NCBI GenBank assembly: GCA_035508795.1
Contig: DATJMJ010000006.1
Location: 793-64,792, forward strand
From: Acidimicrobiales bacterium
GTDB lineage: Bacteria > Actinomycetota > Acidimicrobiia > Acidimicrobiales > Palsa-688
DNA: 64,000 nucleotides
Direction of reading: 5' to 3'
Part shown: piece by piece, positions 54,801 through 62,407 of the stretch
How the letters are laid out: each line of letters opens with the position of its first letter
Position numbering within the stretch: the first letter of the stretch is position 1
Translations under genes and position numbers: made by a program
Notes under the pieces: model-generated
What the model saw: the letters and a program-made list of their open reading frames with translations, nothing else
Database searches by the model: none
What the model was told of the DNA's origin: nothing

Positions 54801-55011
54801 CAACTTCGGCGGGGCAGAGAAATTTGGCCCGTCGAGCTGGCAGAAGGCCGCGGGCGACGTCGTCGGCGTCGCGCCGACGCCTGATGGCGCGGGTCTGTGG
54901 GTGGTGACTGCGGCGGGGGCAGTGACCAGCTACGGCGACGCCTACCCCGAGGGGTCGCTCCCGGAGCTGAAGGTTTCGACCAGCTCGGTCGTGGGCATGG
55001 CCTCGCTATGA
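51835..55011 (+). CDS. Secreted multidomain protease: pro-kumamolisin activation domain + S53 sedolisin peptidase + IPT/TIG-like domain + six C-terminal ~45-aa repeats
   Basis: Signal-like LLCVGLAVAMLSAGAG. Prodomain SYHHFLTEREFESRFAPSPATVRAAESWLGAEGLDV. Peptidase motifs GEADIDIEMAA, SMSIGQCE, ASVGDTGSEGC and the Ser nucleophile WLGTSLAAPLWAGL. The TIG-like segment is SVDVQVPSGSGTVTIVAHGP. A Pro/Thr linker precedes the GYWL repeats. Confidence 0.8.
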   Translation: MVKANGRVRLAVGGLLCVGLAVAMLSAGAGTGGAAGTTRSGARARLAPTRQDMGIGTGASASVRVPALAVRPPAGAAYLGEAEPSTALDVEVVLAPRDEGQLARLVSAVSSPSSPSYHHFLTEREFESRFAPSPATVRAAESWLGAEGLDVSRPTPFAVRGSGTVGQISAAFGVRFGRYSGHGGATSGLVAAGSPQLPAQLSGGLVTGVIGLDTLAKPFASLSRPLRLRAGREASGTSAGVAPKTGAAASGAPHPAISQPAVSQPAVSEPVACAPAATTASGDDSYTADEVAEHYQLAALEGDGQDGAGVTIALPEVNASSSSDISAYQSCFGLTNPVSVVNVDGGPTQPVSLGEADIDIEMAATAAPGASISAYEAPDSDQGLLDAVGQIVGSGTAEVISMSIGQCESDTNFVDGMHTYLMEAAARGESVLASVGDTGSEGCFSYDASHNPSNSGDSLRVLSPASDPLVTSVGGTVLSDGTDLAWNDCLSQSNPPSCADALYPGGATGGGASQVYSSGPSGQPAVDGSGGAREVPDVAAEAGSNYGDDVVMYSSGSWAPWLGTSLAAPLWAGLVADRDSSCTSGTGDFDPELYSLYAGYYTDAFTAVPDAFNPPGGAPVPGNNDFTGDHGGDYPTASSYDLDTGIGTPVATGLGCSQVVGSYSGQAGGLLTLEGLGLENAAIAFGSAAAEVLTASATSVDVQVPSGSGTVTIVAHGPLGESTRTGTFSYPGGGAGAGGGGSFPVLAPTTTTVPPTATTAPVVLPAPPAPPTTVGTRAKTSPRLGYWMVGSDGGVFGFGRAGYFGSLVSLKVRALDIVAIAPGPGGAGYWLAEKNGNVYHFGRAGNFETMAGHPLHVDDIAAIAPMPDGSGYWLAGSNGAVYAFGSARSYGSVPRASLGAARVVGFAASPDGHGYWLAGSGGQVWHFGDAPDLGSLRASALESGTRKTTIVAIAAGPASPAPIASPTPAARAARASSGFWLVARNGLIFNFGGAEKFGPSSWQKAAGDVVGVAPTPDGAGLWVVTAAGAVTSYGDAYPEGSLPELKVSTSSVVGMASL
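54181..55008 (+). repeat. Six tandem coding repeats of ~40-50 aa, consensus (P)DG.GYWL(A/V)...G.V..FG.A...GS
   Basis: Copies: RLGYWMVGSDGGVFGFGRAGYFGS, GGAGYWLAEKNGNVYHFGRAGNFET, DGSGYWLAGSNGAVYAFGSARSYGS, DGHGYWLAGSGGQVWHFGDAPDLGS, SSGFWLVARNGLIFNFGGAEKFGP, DGAGLWVVTAAGAVTSYGDAYPEGS. The spacing is compatible with a 6-bladed propeller-like fold. Confidence 0.7.
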
Positions 55012-55259
55012 GCTCCGGCCGCGCTGGCGGACCGGCCGGAGCCGCCGGCACCGAGGAACTGAGCTCGCGCCTCGAAGCCATCGCCGAAGAGCTCGCCGAG
55101 ATCGCCCACGCCAAATTGCGCGAGGCCGTCGAGGATGGTGCGCCCGAAGCGCTCGCCGAGGAGCGGCGCCTGACCCGTGCCCGCCGGTCGGTACTCCGGG
55201 CGGCTGCGCTGCTCGGTGGCCCGACGGGTAGCGACGAGCCATCCGGCGAAGATCCCTAG
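55008..55259 (+). CDS. Small hypothetical helical protein, possibly translationally coupled to the S53 gene
   Basis: The ATG overlaps the upstream stop (ATGA at 55008-55011). 83 aa, Ala/Glu/Leu-rich. No recognisable family. It could be a high-GC artefact. Confidence 0.3.
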   Translation: MSSGRAGGPAGAAGTEELSSRLEAIAEELAEIAHAKLREAVEDGAPEALAEERRLTRARRSVLRAAALLGGPTGSDEPSGEDP

Positions 55260-55402
55260 GCCCGAGAGCCCGCTTGCAACCACGTCGGGTACCCGCTTGA
55301 AGCCACGTCCGCCCGCCGAACCTTGTGGGCGGCCGCCCGCCAGCGGCCTGCCCTCAAGTTATCTACCCACTTTCTCCAATCCTGACGCTCTTGCGGCCAA
55401 AC

Positions 55403-55981
55403 TCAGCTCTTGGCCTTCACTGCCTCGACGTCGAACTCGAGGTTGACCCTCTCGCTCACCATGACGCCACCCCCGTCCAGGACGGCGTTCCAGTTGACGC
55501 CCCAGTCCTTCCGGTTGATGGTCCCGCCTCCCTCGAAACCGAGGCGGGTATTGCCCCACGGGTCGAGCGAGGCGCCTGTGAACTCGAAGTCGAGCGTCAC
55601 CGGCTTGGTCACGCCCCGGATCTCGAGGTCGCCGCTCACCTTGAAATTGGTGTCGTCGACGCGCTCGACGTTTGTCGTGCGGAAGGTGATCTCGGGGTAC
55701 TCCTCCATCGCCAGGAAATCGTTCGTGCGCAGGTGGTTATCGCGGTCCTTGTTGCGGGTGTCGATGCTTTGGACCTTGATCGTCAACTCGAAGTGAGAGT
55801 TTTCGGGCTTTTCGGCATCGATGTAGCCGGCGCCCTCGAAGTCCGTGAAAGCCCCGCGCACCTTGCTGACCATGGCGTGCCTGGCTGAGAAACCGAGGCG
55901 CGTGTGCGCTACGTCGAGCGTGTAGTTGCCGGTAAGGTCGGCGGTCGCCAGCTGCTGCTGGGACGTCTCCGCTGTTGTCAT
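55403..55981 (-). CDS. yceI: YceI-family polyisoprenoid-binding protein
   Basis: YTLDVAHTRLGFSARHAMVSKVRGAF..., IDTRNKDRDNHLRTNDFL, ITFRTT, GDLEIRGVTKPVTLDFEF. RBS GGAGG upstream of the ATG. Confidence 0.9.
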   Translation of the reverse strand: MTTAETSQQQLATADLTGNYTLDVAHTRLGFSARHAMVSKVRGAFTDFEGAGYIDAEKPENSHFELTIKVQSIDTRNKDRDNHLRTNDFLAMEEYPEITFRTTNVERVDDTNFKVSGDLEIRGVTKPVTLDFEFTGASLDPWGNTRLGFEGGGTINRKDWGVNWNAVLDGGGVMVSERVNLEFDVEAVKAKS

Positions 55982-55999
55982 CTGGGTAAAGCCTCCTTC

Positions 56000-56018
56000 G
56001 GTTGCGCTCGTCGCAACC
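56000..56018. promoter_or_regulatory. Perfect 7-bp inverted repeat GGTTGCG-N5-CGCAACC in the yceI/marR divergent intergenic region (candidate MarR operator)
   Basis: Read directly, 19-37 nt upstream of the yceI ATG. A second perfect palindrome GGTGCACC lies at 56080-56087. Confidence 0.3.
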
Positions 56019-56165
56019 TACGTTGGTGTCCAACAATGGATGACATATCCACTATTCCCAAGACAGAGGGTGTACCCAAGGTGCACCTGCTCATGAAGTC
56101 CCTTTCAGCGGCATGCCCCTTCTCGTATCGTCTTGACAGGGTCGCTGAGAGCGAAGGGGAAAGGG

Positions 56166-56705
56166 GTGGCTACCGTCGATAGAGACCACGCTGGGCTCGA
56201 TGGAGACCAAGCCACGGTGCCCGGGGCCCGATGGCTCGACGAGGAGGAGGCGAAAGCTTGGCGGGCGCTCCAGATGATGCAGGCGCGTCTCGGCGCTGCG
56301 CTCGCTAAGGACCTGGTGTCCCATTCTCAACTTTCCTACCAGGACTATCTTGTCCTGATTGCGCTGACGGAGGCGCCGGACGGCCGGCTCCGGCTCTTTG
56401 AGCTCGGCCACGCCATCGGCTGGGAGAAAAGCCGCACCAGCCACCAGGTGGCGAGGATGGCGCAGAGAGGGCTGGTCGACAAGTTCAGCTGCCCGTCGGA
56501 CCGCCGGGGCCAATGGGCAATCGTGACCTGTGCCGGGCGGGCTGCGATCGAAGCCGCCGCGCCCTCCCACGTGGCAGCGGTACGGCGCCTGTTCGTTGAC
56601 CAGCTATCGCGAGAGCAGCTCGCTCAACTCGCCTCCGCCGCCCAAACAGTCCTCGGCACCCTCGATGCCGCCGACGGTTGCGAGACCAGGACGGCGGCCG
56701 GCTAA
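56166..56705 (+). CDS. MarR-family transcriptional regulator
   Basis: LSYQDYLVLIALTEAPDGRLRLFELGHAIGWEKSRTSHQVARMAQRGLVDKFSCPSDRRG is a winged HTH of MarR type. GTG 56166 has an upstream gaaagggg RBS (the track ORF starts at TTG 56133). Confidence 0.8.
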   Translation: MATVDRDHAGLDGDQATVPGARWLDEEEAKAWRALQMMQARLGAALAKDLVSHSQLSYQDYLVLIALTEAPDGRLRLFELGHAIGWEKSRTSHQVARMAQRGLVDKFSCPSDRRGQWAIVTCAGRAAIEAAAPSHVAAVRRLFVDQLSREQLAQLASAAQTVLGTLDAADGCETRTAAG

Positions 56706-56726
56706 GTCGTCCCCCGGGCTCGCGCC

Positions 56727-57842
56727 TTACCGGGCGCGCTGGCAGGCCGGGAGCGGCAGCCCGGGAGCTAGGGGAGGTGCGCTCGGAAGGCAGTTGAGGG
56801 CGTCTATCAGCTGCCTCAACTTGGCATAGGAGTGGCGGTCGAAGCTGAACGCCACCCGGGCGAGCTCGAGATGGTCGTCCTCCCTCACCTCGACGGGGAG
56901 CGGGCCGGGGAGCAGCTGCATCGTGCCGTGCTGCAGCAGGTCCTTGAACTCCTCGGAGAGGGTCGCCACCTCACGGTCTGTTGGCCTGGCCTGGAGCCTC
57001 AGCACCAGTCGCCCGCCGACCCAGCGGAAGGAATGGTAATTGCGGTAAAAACCGAGGATCTCGGCCGCAGCCTCGAGGACGTCGTCCGTTATCAGGAAAA
57101 AGCTCGAGTCCTCGGGGGATATGAGCCCGCGGCCCGCCACCTCCTCGCGCACGAACCTGTCCCATGCATGCCAGTAGCTGCCCCCGGGGACCTCGAGCAG
57201 TACCACCGGGGCTGGCTGGGCCTTCCCCGTCTGGAGGAGCGTCAGCAGCTCGAACGACTCGTCGAGGGTGCCGAAGCCTCCCGGGAGCACGGCGTACCCG
57301 TCGGACTCTTTTACGAGCAGGAGCTTGCGGGTGAAGAAGTACTTCATCGAAACGAGCTTGGGGTCCGACACGATGAACTGGTTCGGCTCCTGCTCGAACG
57401 GGAGCCTGATGTTTATCCCGAAACTGTTGCGCGGCCCGGCGCCCTCGAGCCCCGCCGCCATGATCCCTGGCCCCGCGCCGGTCACTGTCGACCAGCCAAG
57501 GGCTGCCAGCCGCGACGCCAGGTCGCGCGCCTGGGCATAGAGGGGGTCGCTCGGCAGCGTGCGTGCCGAACCGAACATCGTTATCTTGCGCGTGCTGCGG
57601 TAGGGAGCGAACACCTCGAAGCCGTCGTACATCTCGCGCAAGGCTGCGTTCGCGATCTTGAGGTCGAGGCGGTCCGGGTGCCCGCGGGCGAGACGGGCGA
57701 AGGTTTGGAGCATCTCGTGCAACTGGTCCCTGTTGGCCGTAACGCCGAGCGTGTCGAGGAGGTCGACGATCTTCGCGTCGAGCTCGGGATCGCCGCTCGA
57801 TCGCCCTTGAGCGGTGCCGCCTCGAGGGCGAGCCTCGCTCAC
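56727..57842 (-). CDS. LOG-family (TIGR00730 / 'lysine decarboxylase-like') nucleotide-binding protein, long form
   Basis: ITMFGSAR...VTGAGPGIMAAGLEGA...YAVLPGGFGTLDESFELLTLLQTGK (PGGxGTxxE LOG motif). GTG 57842 overlaps the pgl stop (GTGA). Confidence 0.8.
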   Translation of the reverse strand: MSEARPRGGTAQGRSSGDPELDAKIVDLLDTLGVTANRDQLHEMLQTFARLARGHPDRLDLKIANAALREMYDGFEVFAPYRSTRKITMFGSARTLPSDPLYAQARDLASRLAALGWSTVTGAGPGIMAAGLEGAGPRNSFGINIRLPFEQEPNQFIVSDPKLVSMKYFFTRKLLLVKESDGYAVLPGGFGTLDESFELLTLLQTGKAQPAPVVLLEVPGGSYWHAWDRFVREEVAGRGLISPEDSSFFLITDDVLEAAAEILGFYRNYHSFRWVGGRLVLRLQARPTDREVATLSEEFKDLLQHGTMQLLPGPLPVEVREDDHLELARVAFSFDRHSYAKLRQLIDALNCLPSAPPLAPGLPLPACQRAR

Positions 57843-58516
57843 GTACGCAGTGGCCTGGGCGCCGCCTCTGGGTCGACGAGCCAGAGCACCCGCCCGGCGC
57901 TTACACGGGCGGCCGGCAGGTCCGCACCCCCGTACACGGCTTCCATCGCCTCGCGCTTCGACGCGCCGGCGACGGTGATGACGACCAGCCGGGCGCGGGC
58001 GATGCACGAGTAGGTGAGGGTCATCCGGGGGTGCTCGTTGCGCCCGCTCGGGTCCTCGCTGAACGTGACGAGCTGCCCAGGGTCCGCGTCGAGGACCTTG
58101 GACCCTGGGAAAAGGCTCGCCGTGTGCCCGTCGGGGCCCATCCCGAGGTGGATGACATCGAACTGGCCGACCTCACCCAGCCGGAGCTGGTACGCGTCGA
58201 TACTTTCCTCGCAGCGCATCGGGTAGACGGCGTTGGCCGCGCCGATCCGCTCGAGCAGAGCTTCTCGGGCCAGGCGTTCATTGCTGTCGGGATGGTCGGG
58301 GGGCACGCAACGCTCGTCCCCCCAGAAAAAATTGACCGCCAGCCAGTCGATGGCCTGGGCGCCGTCCTGGGCGAGCCTTTCGTAGCAAGCGCGCGCAGTC
58401 TCCCCGCCCGACAGGGCGATGTCGAACTCTTCGCCCGAACGGTTGAGGAAAGCGTCGACGACCTCTTGCGTGAAAGCACCGGGGACGTCGTCGACGACGC
58501 GCAGCTCTCCGTTCAC
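57839..58516 (-). CDS. pgl: 6-phosphogluconolactonase
   Basis: FDIALSGGETA..., FFWGDERCVPPDHPDSN, HLGMGPDGHTASLFPGS. Confidence 0.9.
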   Translation of the reverse strand: MNGELRVVDDVPGAFTQEVVDAFLNRSGEEFDIALSGGETARACYERLAQDGAQAIDWLAVNFFWGDERCVPPDHPDSNERLAREALLERIGAANAVYPMRCEESIDAYQLRLGEVGQFDVIHLGMGPDGHTASLFPGSKVLDADPGQLVTFSEDPSGRNEHPRMTLTYSCIARARLVVITVAGASKREAMEAVYGGADLPAARVSAGRVLWLVDPEAAPRPLRT

Positions 58517-58617
58517 GGCATCGACCCTACTAGTACCACCAAGAAGTACCTATTGGGGAGCCCGGCCCGCTCGCGCGCCAAGGCGCGGGGGGACTGGCCT
58601 CCCTCAACCCTTGCTCC

Positions 58618-59733
58618 TCAAGAGGCGAGCGATGCCGCTGACGCGAGCGCGCGCTCCCAAACCCGGTCGGCGCGCAGGTTGGATATGGCGGCCGACAGCG
58701 CCGCCGTCAACGAGTCGTCCGGCAGCGGGAGGGCCTGGCGGTGGTGGGTGCCGCCCGAAGTCTCCGCAGTCGCCCAGACGGCTCGCGTCGAGTCGTCGCG
58801 GTGCACCTGGAAAGTGCCCGTCTCGTCGCCGAGCTGGGCCTTGAGCGTGATATCGACGTGCTTGGCGTCGCTCAGCACGACCTCGCGCGCCCGCAGGTCG
58901 AGCTGCGCCAGGAGCCACCCACCGAGCACGTGCCTCGGGCCGGGCTTCCCCGTCACGGTGGCCAGGCGGACTTCGGGGAGGAAGGCGCGGTTGTGCTCTG
59001 GCTCGAACAGGCCCGCCAGCAGCTCCCGCCACGGTTGCAGCCGCACCCAGGACAGGTCGACGACCGGGCAGTGGTTGACCAGCTCGAGCAGTGTCCGGTA
59101 CGAGTGCGCCAGCGCCGACGGGTTCGGCCCGACGTCGCGGGTGTCCACCAGGATCGCCGAGGCGAGGCGCAAGAGAGGGTCGCTCGAATCGGGCAGGTCC
59201 CAGGGGAACCACATCACCGCAGGCAGGTCCCCGAGAACGAACGGGCTCACGATGGACGCGAGATGGGACGCCGCCTGGCCCCCGACGCGGAGGTGGATTT
59301 CTTCGAAGAAGACGGGGTGGCCCACGGCCTCGGGCGGTTGTGCCTGCCAGAGGCAGGCCTTTGCGTCGATGGCGGGCGTGCTGTCGGGGTCGGGCCGCAC
59401 GATCACCACGCGGCACGGGTGATGGGCCCCGAGGGACCTGACCGAAGCTGCGAAGTCCTCCACTTCGACGTCCGAGCTTGCGACCATGACGAGCGTCATC
59501 ACCGCCGTGCGGGTGCCCGCCTCCCGGGCGGACGCCTTGCGCCTCAGTTCGGGGAGCGCGTCGAGCACTTCGCCGAGGTTTGCCCTTGTCTTCTCCCAGG
59601 ACTGGACGGCCTGGGGCCCGCCGGCTGGGTCGCCGCCATCACCGGCAGTGCCATCCCCGGCAGGGCCAGCACCGGCCAAAGAGCCCGGAGGCACCTGGCC
59701 ATCGGCCGAGCCGGGGCTTAGGGCGTCCGCCAC
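58618..59733 (-). CDS. opcA: Glucose-6-phosphate dehydrogenase assembly protein OpcA
   Basis: Position directly downstream of zwf, and OpcA-like segments (TRTAVMTLVMVASSD...GAHHPCRVVIVRPDPD...LPAVMWFPWDLP). Confidence 0.85.
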   Translation of the reverse strand: MADALSPGSADGQVPPGSLAGAGPAGDGTAGDGGDPAGGPQAVQSWEKTRANLGEVLDALPELRRKASAREAGTRTAVMTLVMVASSDVEVEDFAASVRSLGAHHPCRVVIVRPDPDSTPAIDAKACLWQAQPPEAVGHPVFFEEIHLRVGGQAASHLASIVSPFVLGDLPAVMWFPWDLPDSSDPLLRLASAILVDTRDVGPNPSALAHSYRTLLELVNHCPVVDLSWVRLQPWRELLAGLFEPEHNRAFLPEVRLATVTGKPGPRHVLGGWLLAQLDLRAREVVLSDAKHVDITLKAQLGDETGTFQVHRDDSTRAVWATAETSGGTHHRQALPLPDDSLTAALSAAISNLRADRVWERALASAASLAS

Positions 59734-61247
59734 TTACGGCCATCCCGCTCGATGAGCGTCTCAGCTGCCCGCGGCCCCCACGATCCCGAGGCGTACCCGG
59801 CCAGGGGAGCGTCACCCGCCCCCCACACGTCGAGGAGCGGTTGGACGATCCCCCAGGCCGTGTCCACTTCGTCGCTACGGATGAACAGTGTCGGGTCGCC
59901 CACCATTGCATCGAGCAGCAAGCGTTCGTAGGCGTCCGGCGTCTCTTCGAGGAAGGCGGCGCCGTACGAGAAGTCCATCAGGACATCGCGCACCATGAAC
60001 GTTTGGCCCGGGACCTTGGCACCAAAGCGCAAGGTGACGCCTTCGTCGGGTTGGATCCGCATGACAAGAGCATTGGGGTTGAGCCCGAGAGCGGCTTCCT
60101 TGGGGAACGCGAGATGGGGGACTGCCTTGAACTGCAGCGCCACTTCGGTCACCCTCTTGGGCAGGCGTTTGCCGGTCCTCACGTAGATGGGCACCCCCGC
60201 CCAGCGCCAGTTGTCGACCGAGAGCTTCAACGCGACGTAAGTCTCGGTCTGGCTTTGAGGGTTTACCCCTTCTTCCTGGCGGTAGCCGACGACCGAGTTA
60301 CCCTCCACCCAGCCGCTGTCGTACTGGGCCCGCACGGCGACGTTCGCTATGTCCCCGGGCTTGGGGACCACGACCGAACGGAGAGCCTTCACTTTTTCGC
60401 CACGGACACCGTCGGCGTCGGTCGAGATCGGCGGCTCCATGAGGGTGAGGGAAAGGACCTGCATCACGTGGTTCTGCACTATGTCCCGGAGCGCCCCGGC
60501 CGTTTCGTAGAAGCTGCCGCGCTTTTCGACACCCACCGTCTCGGCCACGGTCACCTGGACGTGGTCGATGTAATTGCGCGTCCAGAGCGGTTCGAAGATC
60601 GCGTTTGCGAAACGCAACGCCAGGACGTTCTGGACGGTTTCCTTGCCCAGGTAGTGGTCGATCCGGTAAATCTGGTTCTCGTCGAAATACTGGTGCAGGG
60701 TCGTGTCGAGCTCGCGTGCGGTGGCGCGGTCGCGGCCAAAAGGCTTTTCGATCACCAGGCGCGCCGAACCGCCGTGCTCGGGCTCGTTTAGGCCGGACTT
60801 GCCGAGCTCGGTGGCGACTTCGCCAAACATTTCCGGGATGGTGGCGAGGTAAAAGGTCCGGTTGCCCCCCGTCCCAAGCGTCTCATCTATGGACTTGAGG
60901 CGCTCCTGGAGCTGGCTGAAGGTGTCCGGATGGGTGTACTCGCCCGCAATATAGATGCTGTTTTTTATGATCTCGCCCCACCCCGGGCCGGCGTCGGGGA
61001 CGGCGCTCTTCATGAGCGAGCGGAAACCGTCGTCGTCCATCTCCGTGCGTGCCACACCGACGATGGCGAACGCGGCAGGCAGCAGGCGCCGCCTCGACAA
61101 GCGCTCGAGGGCGGGCAAGAGCTTGCGGTGGGTAAGGTCGCCCGACGCCCCGAAGACAACGAGGACGCCCGGGGGGGCCCGCTTTACAGTGTCGAGCCCC
61201 TCGGCAAGGACGTTTTGGGGTAGCTCTTCGGTGGCGGTGGTGCTCAC
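59718..61247 (-). CDS. zwf: Glucose-6-phosphate 1-dehydrogenase
   Basis: VVFGASGDLTHRKLLPAL, the active site RIDHYLGKE, and DIVQNHVMQVL. GTG 61247 overlaps the tal stop (GTGA). The upstream part of track ORF 59718-61568 is discarded. Confidence 0.92.
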   Translation of the reverse strand: MSTTATEELPQNVLAEGLDTVKRAPPGVLVVFGASGDLTHRKLLPALERLSRRRLLPAAFAIVGVARTEMDDDGFRSLMKSAVPDAGPGWGEIIKNSIYIAGEYTHPDTFSQLQERLKSIDETLGTGGNRTFYLATIPEMFGEVATELGKSGLNEPEHGGSARLVIEKPFGRDRATARELDTTLHQYFDENQIYRIDHYLGKETVQNVLALRFANAIFEPLWTRNYIDHVQVTVAETVGVEKRGSFYETAGALRDIVQNHVMQVLSLTLMEPPISTDADGVRGEKVKALRSVVVPKPGDIANVAVRAQYDSGWVEGNSVVGYRQEEGVNPQSQTETYVALKLSVDNWRWAGVPIYVRTGKRLPKRVTEVALQFKAVPHLAFPKEAALGLNPNALVMRIQPDEGVTLRFGAKVPGQTFMVRDVLMDFSYGAAFLEETPDAYERLLLDAMVGDPTLFIRSDEVDTAWGIVQPLLDVWGAGDAPLAGYASGSWGPRAAETLIERDGRKWRTP

Positions 61248-62362
61248 GAGCCGGATTTCGCCTGGTGCTCGTTCGCCTTGTCTTCGAGCGCCTGGAGGAG
61301 CTCGTCGTAGCTCTTGGCGAAAGCAGCCACGCCTTCCTCCTCGAGCTGACGGCTCACGTCGGCCATGTCGATCCCCGCCTCGGCGAGCGCTCCAAGGTCG
61401 GCGTGCGCCTCCTGGACGGCCGTGTCGACTGTGCGGGCGACGGTCCCGTGGTCCTCGAAGGCGGCCATTGTCGCGTCGGGCATCGTGTTGACCGTGTCCG
61501 GGCCGATCAAGCTGTCGACGTAGAGAAGGTCGGGGTAGGCCGGGTTTTTCGTCGAGGTCGAAGCCCAAAGGGGCCGCTGGGTATGAGCGCCTTTGGCGGC
61601 GAGCGCTTCCCAGCGTGTTCCCGAAAAACGCTCGAGGAACAACTGGTAGGCCAGCTTCGCCTGCGCCACAGCCGCTTTCCCCCGCAATTTGGCCACTTTT
61701 GAGGCATCGCTGATGTTGCGCTCGAGCCGCCGGTCGACTTCGGTGTCCACCCGGCTCACGAAAAACGAGGCGACGCTGTGCACCCGGGAGACGTCGCCCC
61801 CGGCCCGGTCGAACGCCTCGAGGCCCGAGATATAGGCCTCGATCACCTCCCCGTAGCGCTCAAGGCTAAAGATCAACGTGACGTTTATGTTGCGGCCCTC
61901 GCTGATCATCTGGCGGATCGCGGGCACGCCGGGTTCGGTGGCGGGGATCTTCACCAGCAGGTTGGGCATCGCGATCGTCTCGTGAAAATGGCGGGCGTCG
62001 TTGATGGTGCCTTCGGTGTCGTAAGCCAAGCGAGGCGACACTTCGAGCGACACGAAACCATCGGAGGCCCCGCTCTGTTCGTAGAGGGGGTGGAAGATCT
62101 GGAGGGCACTGGTCACGTCCGAGGTCGCCATTTCCCAAAAAGCTTGCTCGACCGTGCCGCCTTCGATGAGCCGCGCAAAATCGGCGTCGTAGACAGTCGT
62201 GCCCGTCATTGCCTTCTGGAAGATGGTCGGGTTGGAGGTGACGCCGCGGATACCTTCATCGACCATGTTCGCCAGACGCCCGTCCCGGATCGCGTCTCGC
62301 GAAAGGTTGTCGATCCACGGGCTCTGGCCGCCCTCGGAGTAGAGCTGGTGCAACCTCGTCAT
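61244..62362 (-). CDS. tal: Transaldolase
   Basis: QSPWIDNLSRD, GVTSNPTIF, VSLEVSPRLA and LVKIPAT are actinobacterial long-type transaldolase motifs. Confidence 0.95.
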   Translation of the reverse strand: MTRLHQLYSEGGQSPWIDNLSRDAIRDGRLANMVDEGIRGVTSNPTIFQKAMTGTTVYDADFARLIEGGTVEQAFWEMATSDVTSALQIFHPLYEQSGASDGFVSLEVSPRLAYDTEGTINDARHFHETIAMPNLLVKIPATEPGVPAIRQMISEGRNINVTLIFSLERYGEVIEAYISGLEAFDRAGGDVSRVHSVASFFVSRVDTEVDRRLERNISDASKVAKLRGKAAVAQAKLAYQLFLERFSGTRWEALAAKGAHTQRPLWASTSTKNPAYPDLLYVDSLIGPDTVNTMPDATMAAFEDHGTVARTVDTAVQEAHADLGALAEAGIDMADVSRQLEEEGVAAFAKSYDELLQALEDKANEHQAKSGS

Positions 62363-62407
62363 GTTTGTTGCCCTCCTTTGTTCTTGAATGGGCTTGGGGT
62401 GAGGCTT

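Noticed and set aside
55269-55309. An imperfect 18-nt direct repeat (cccgcttgCaAccacgtc / cccgcttgAaGccacgtc, period 23) and a short GC hairpin in the convergent gap before yceI.
   Set aside because: - It is short, imperfect and located in a terminator-type convergent region.
- There is no further structure or coding potential to support a specific function.
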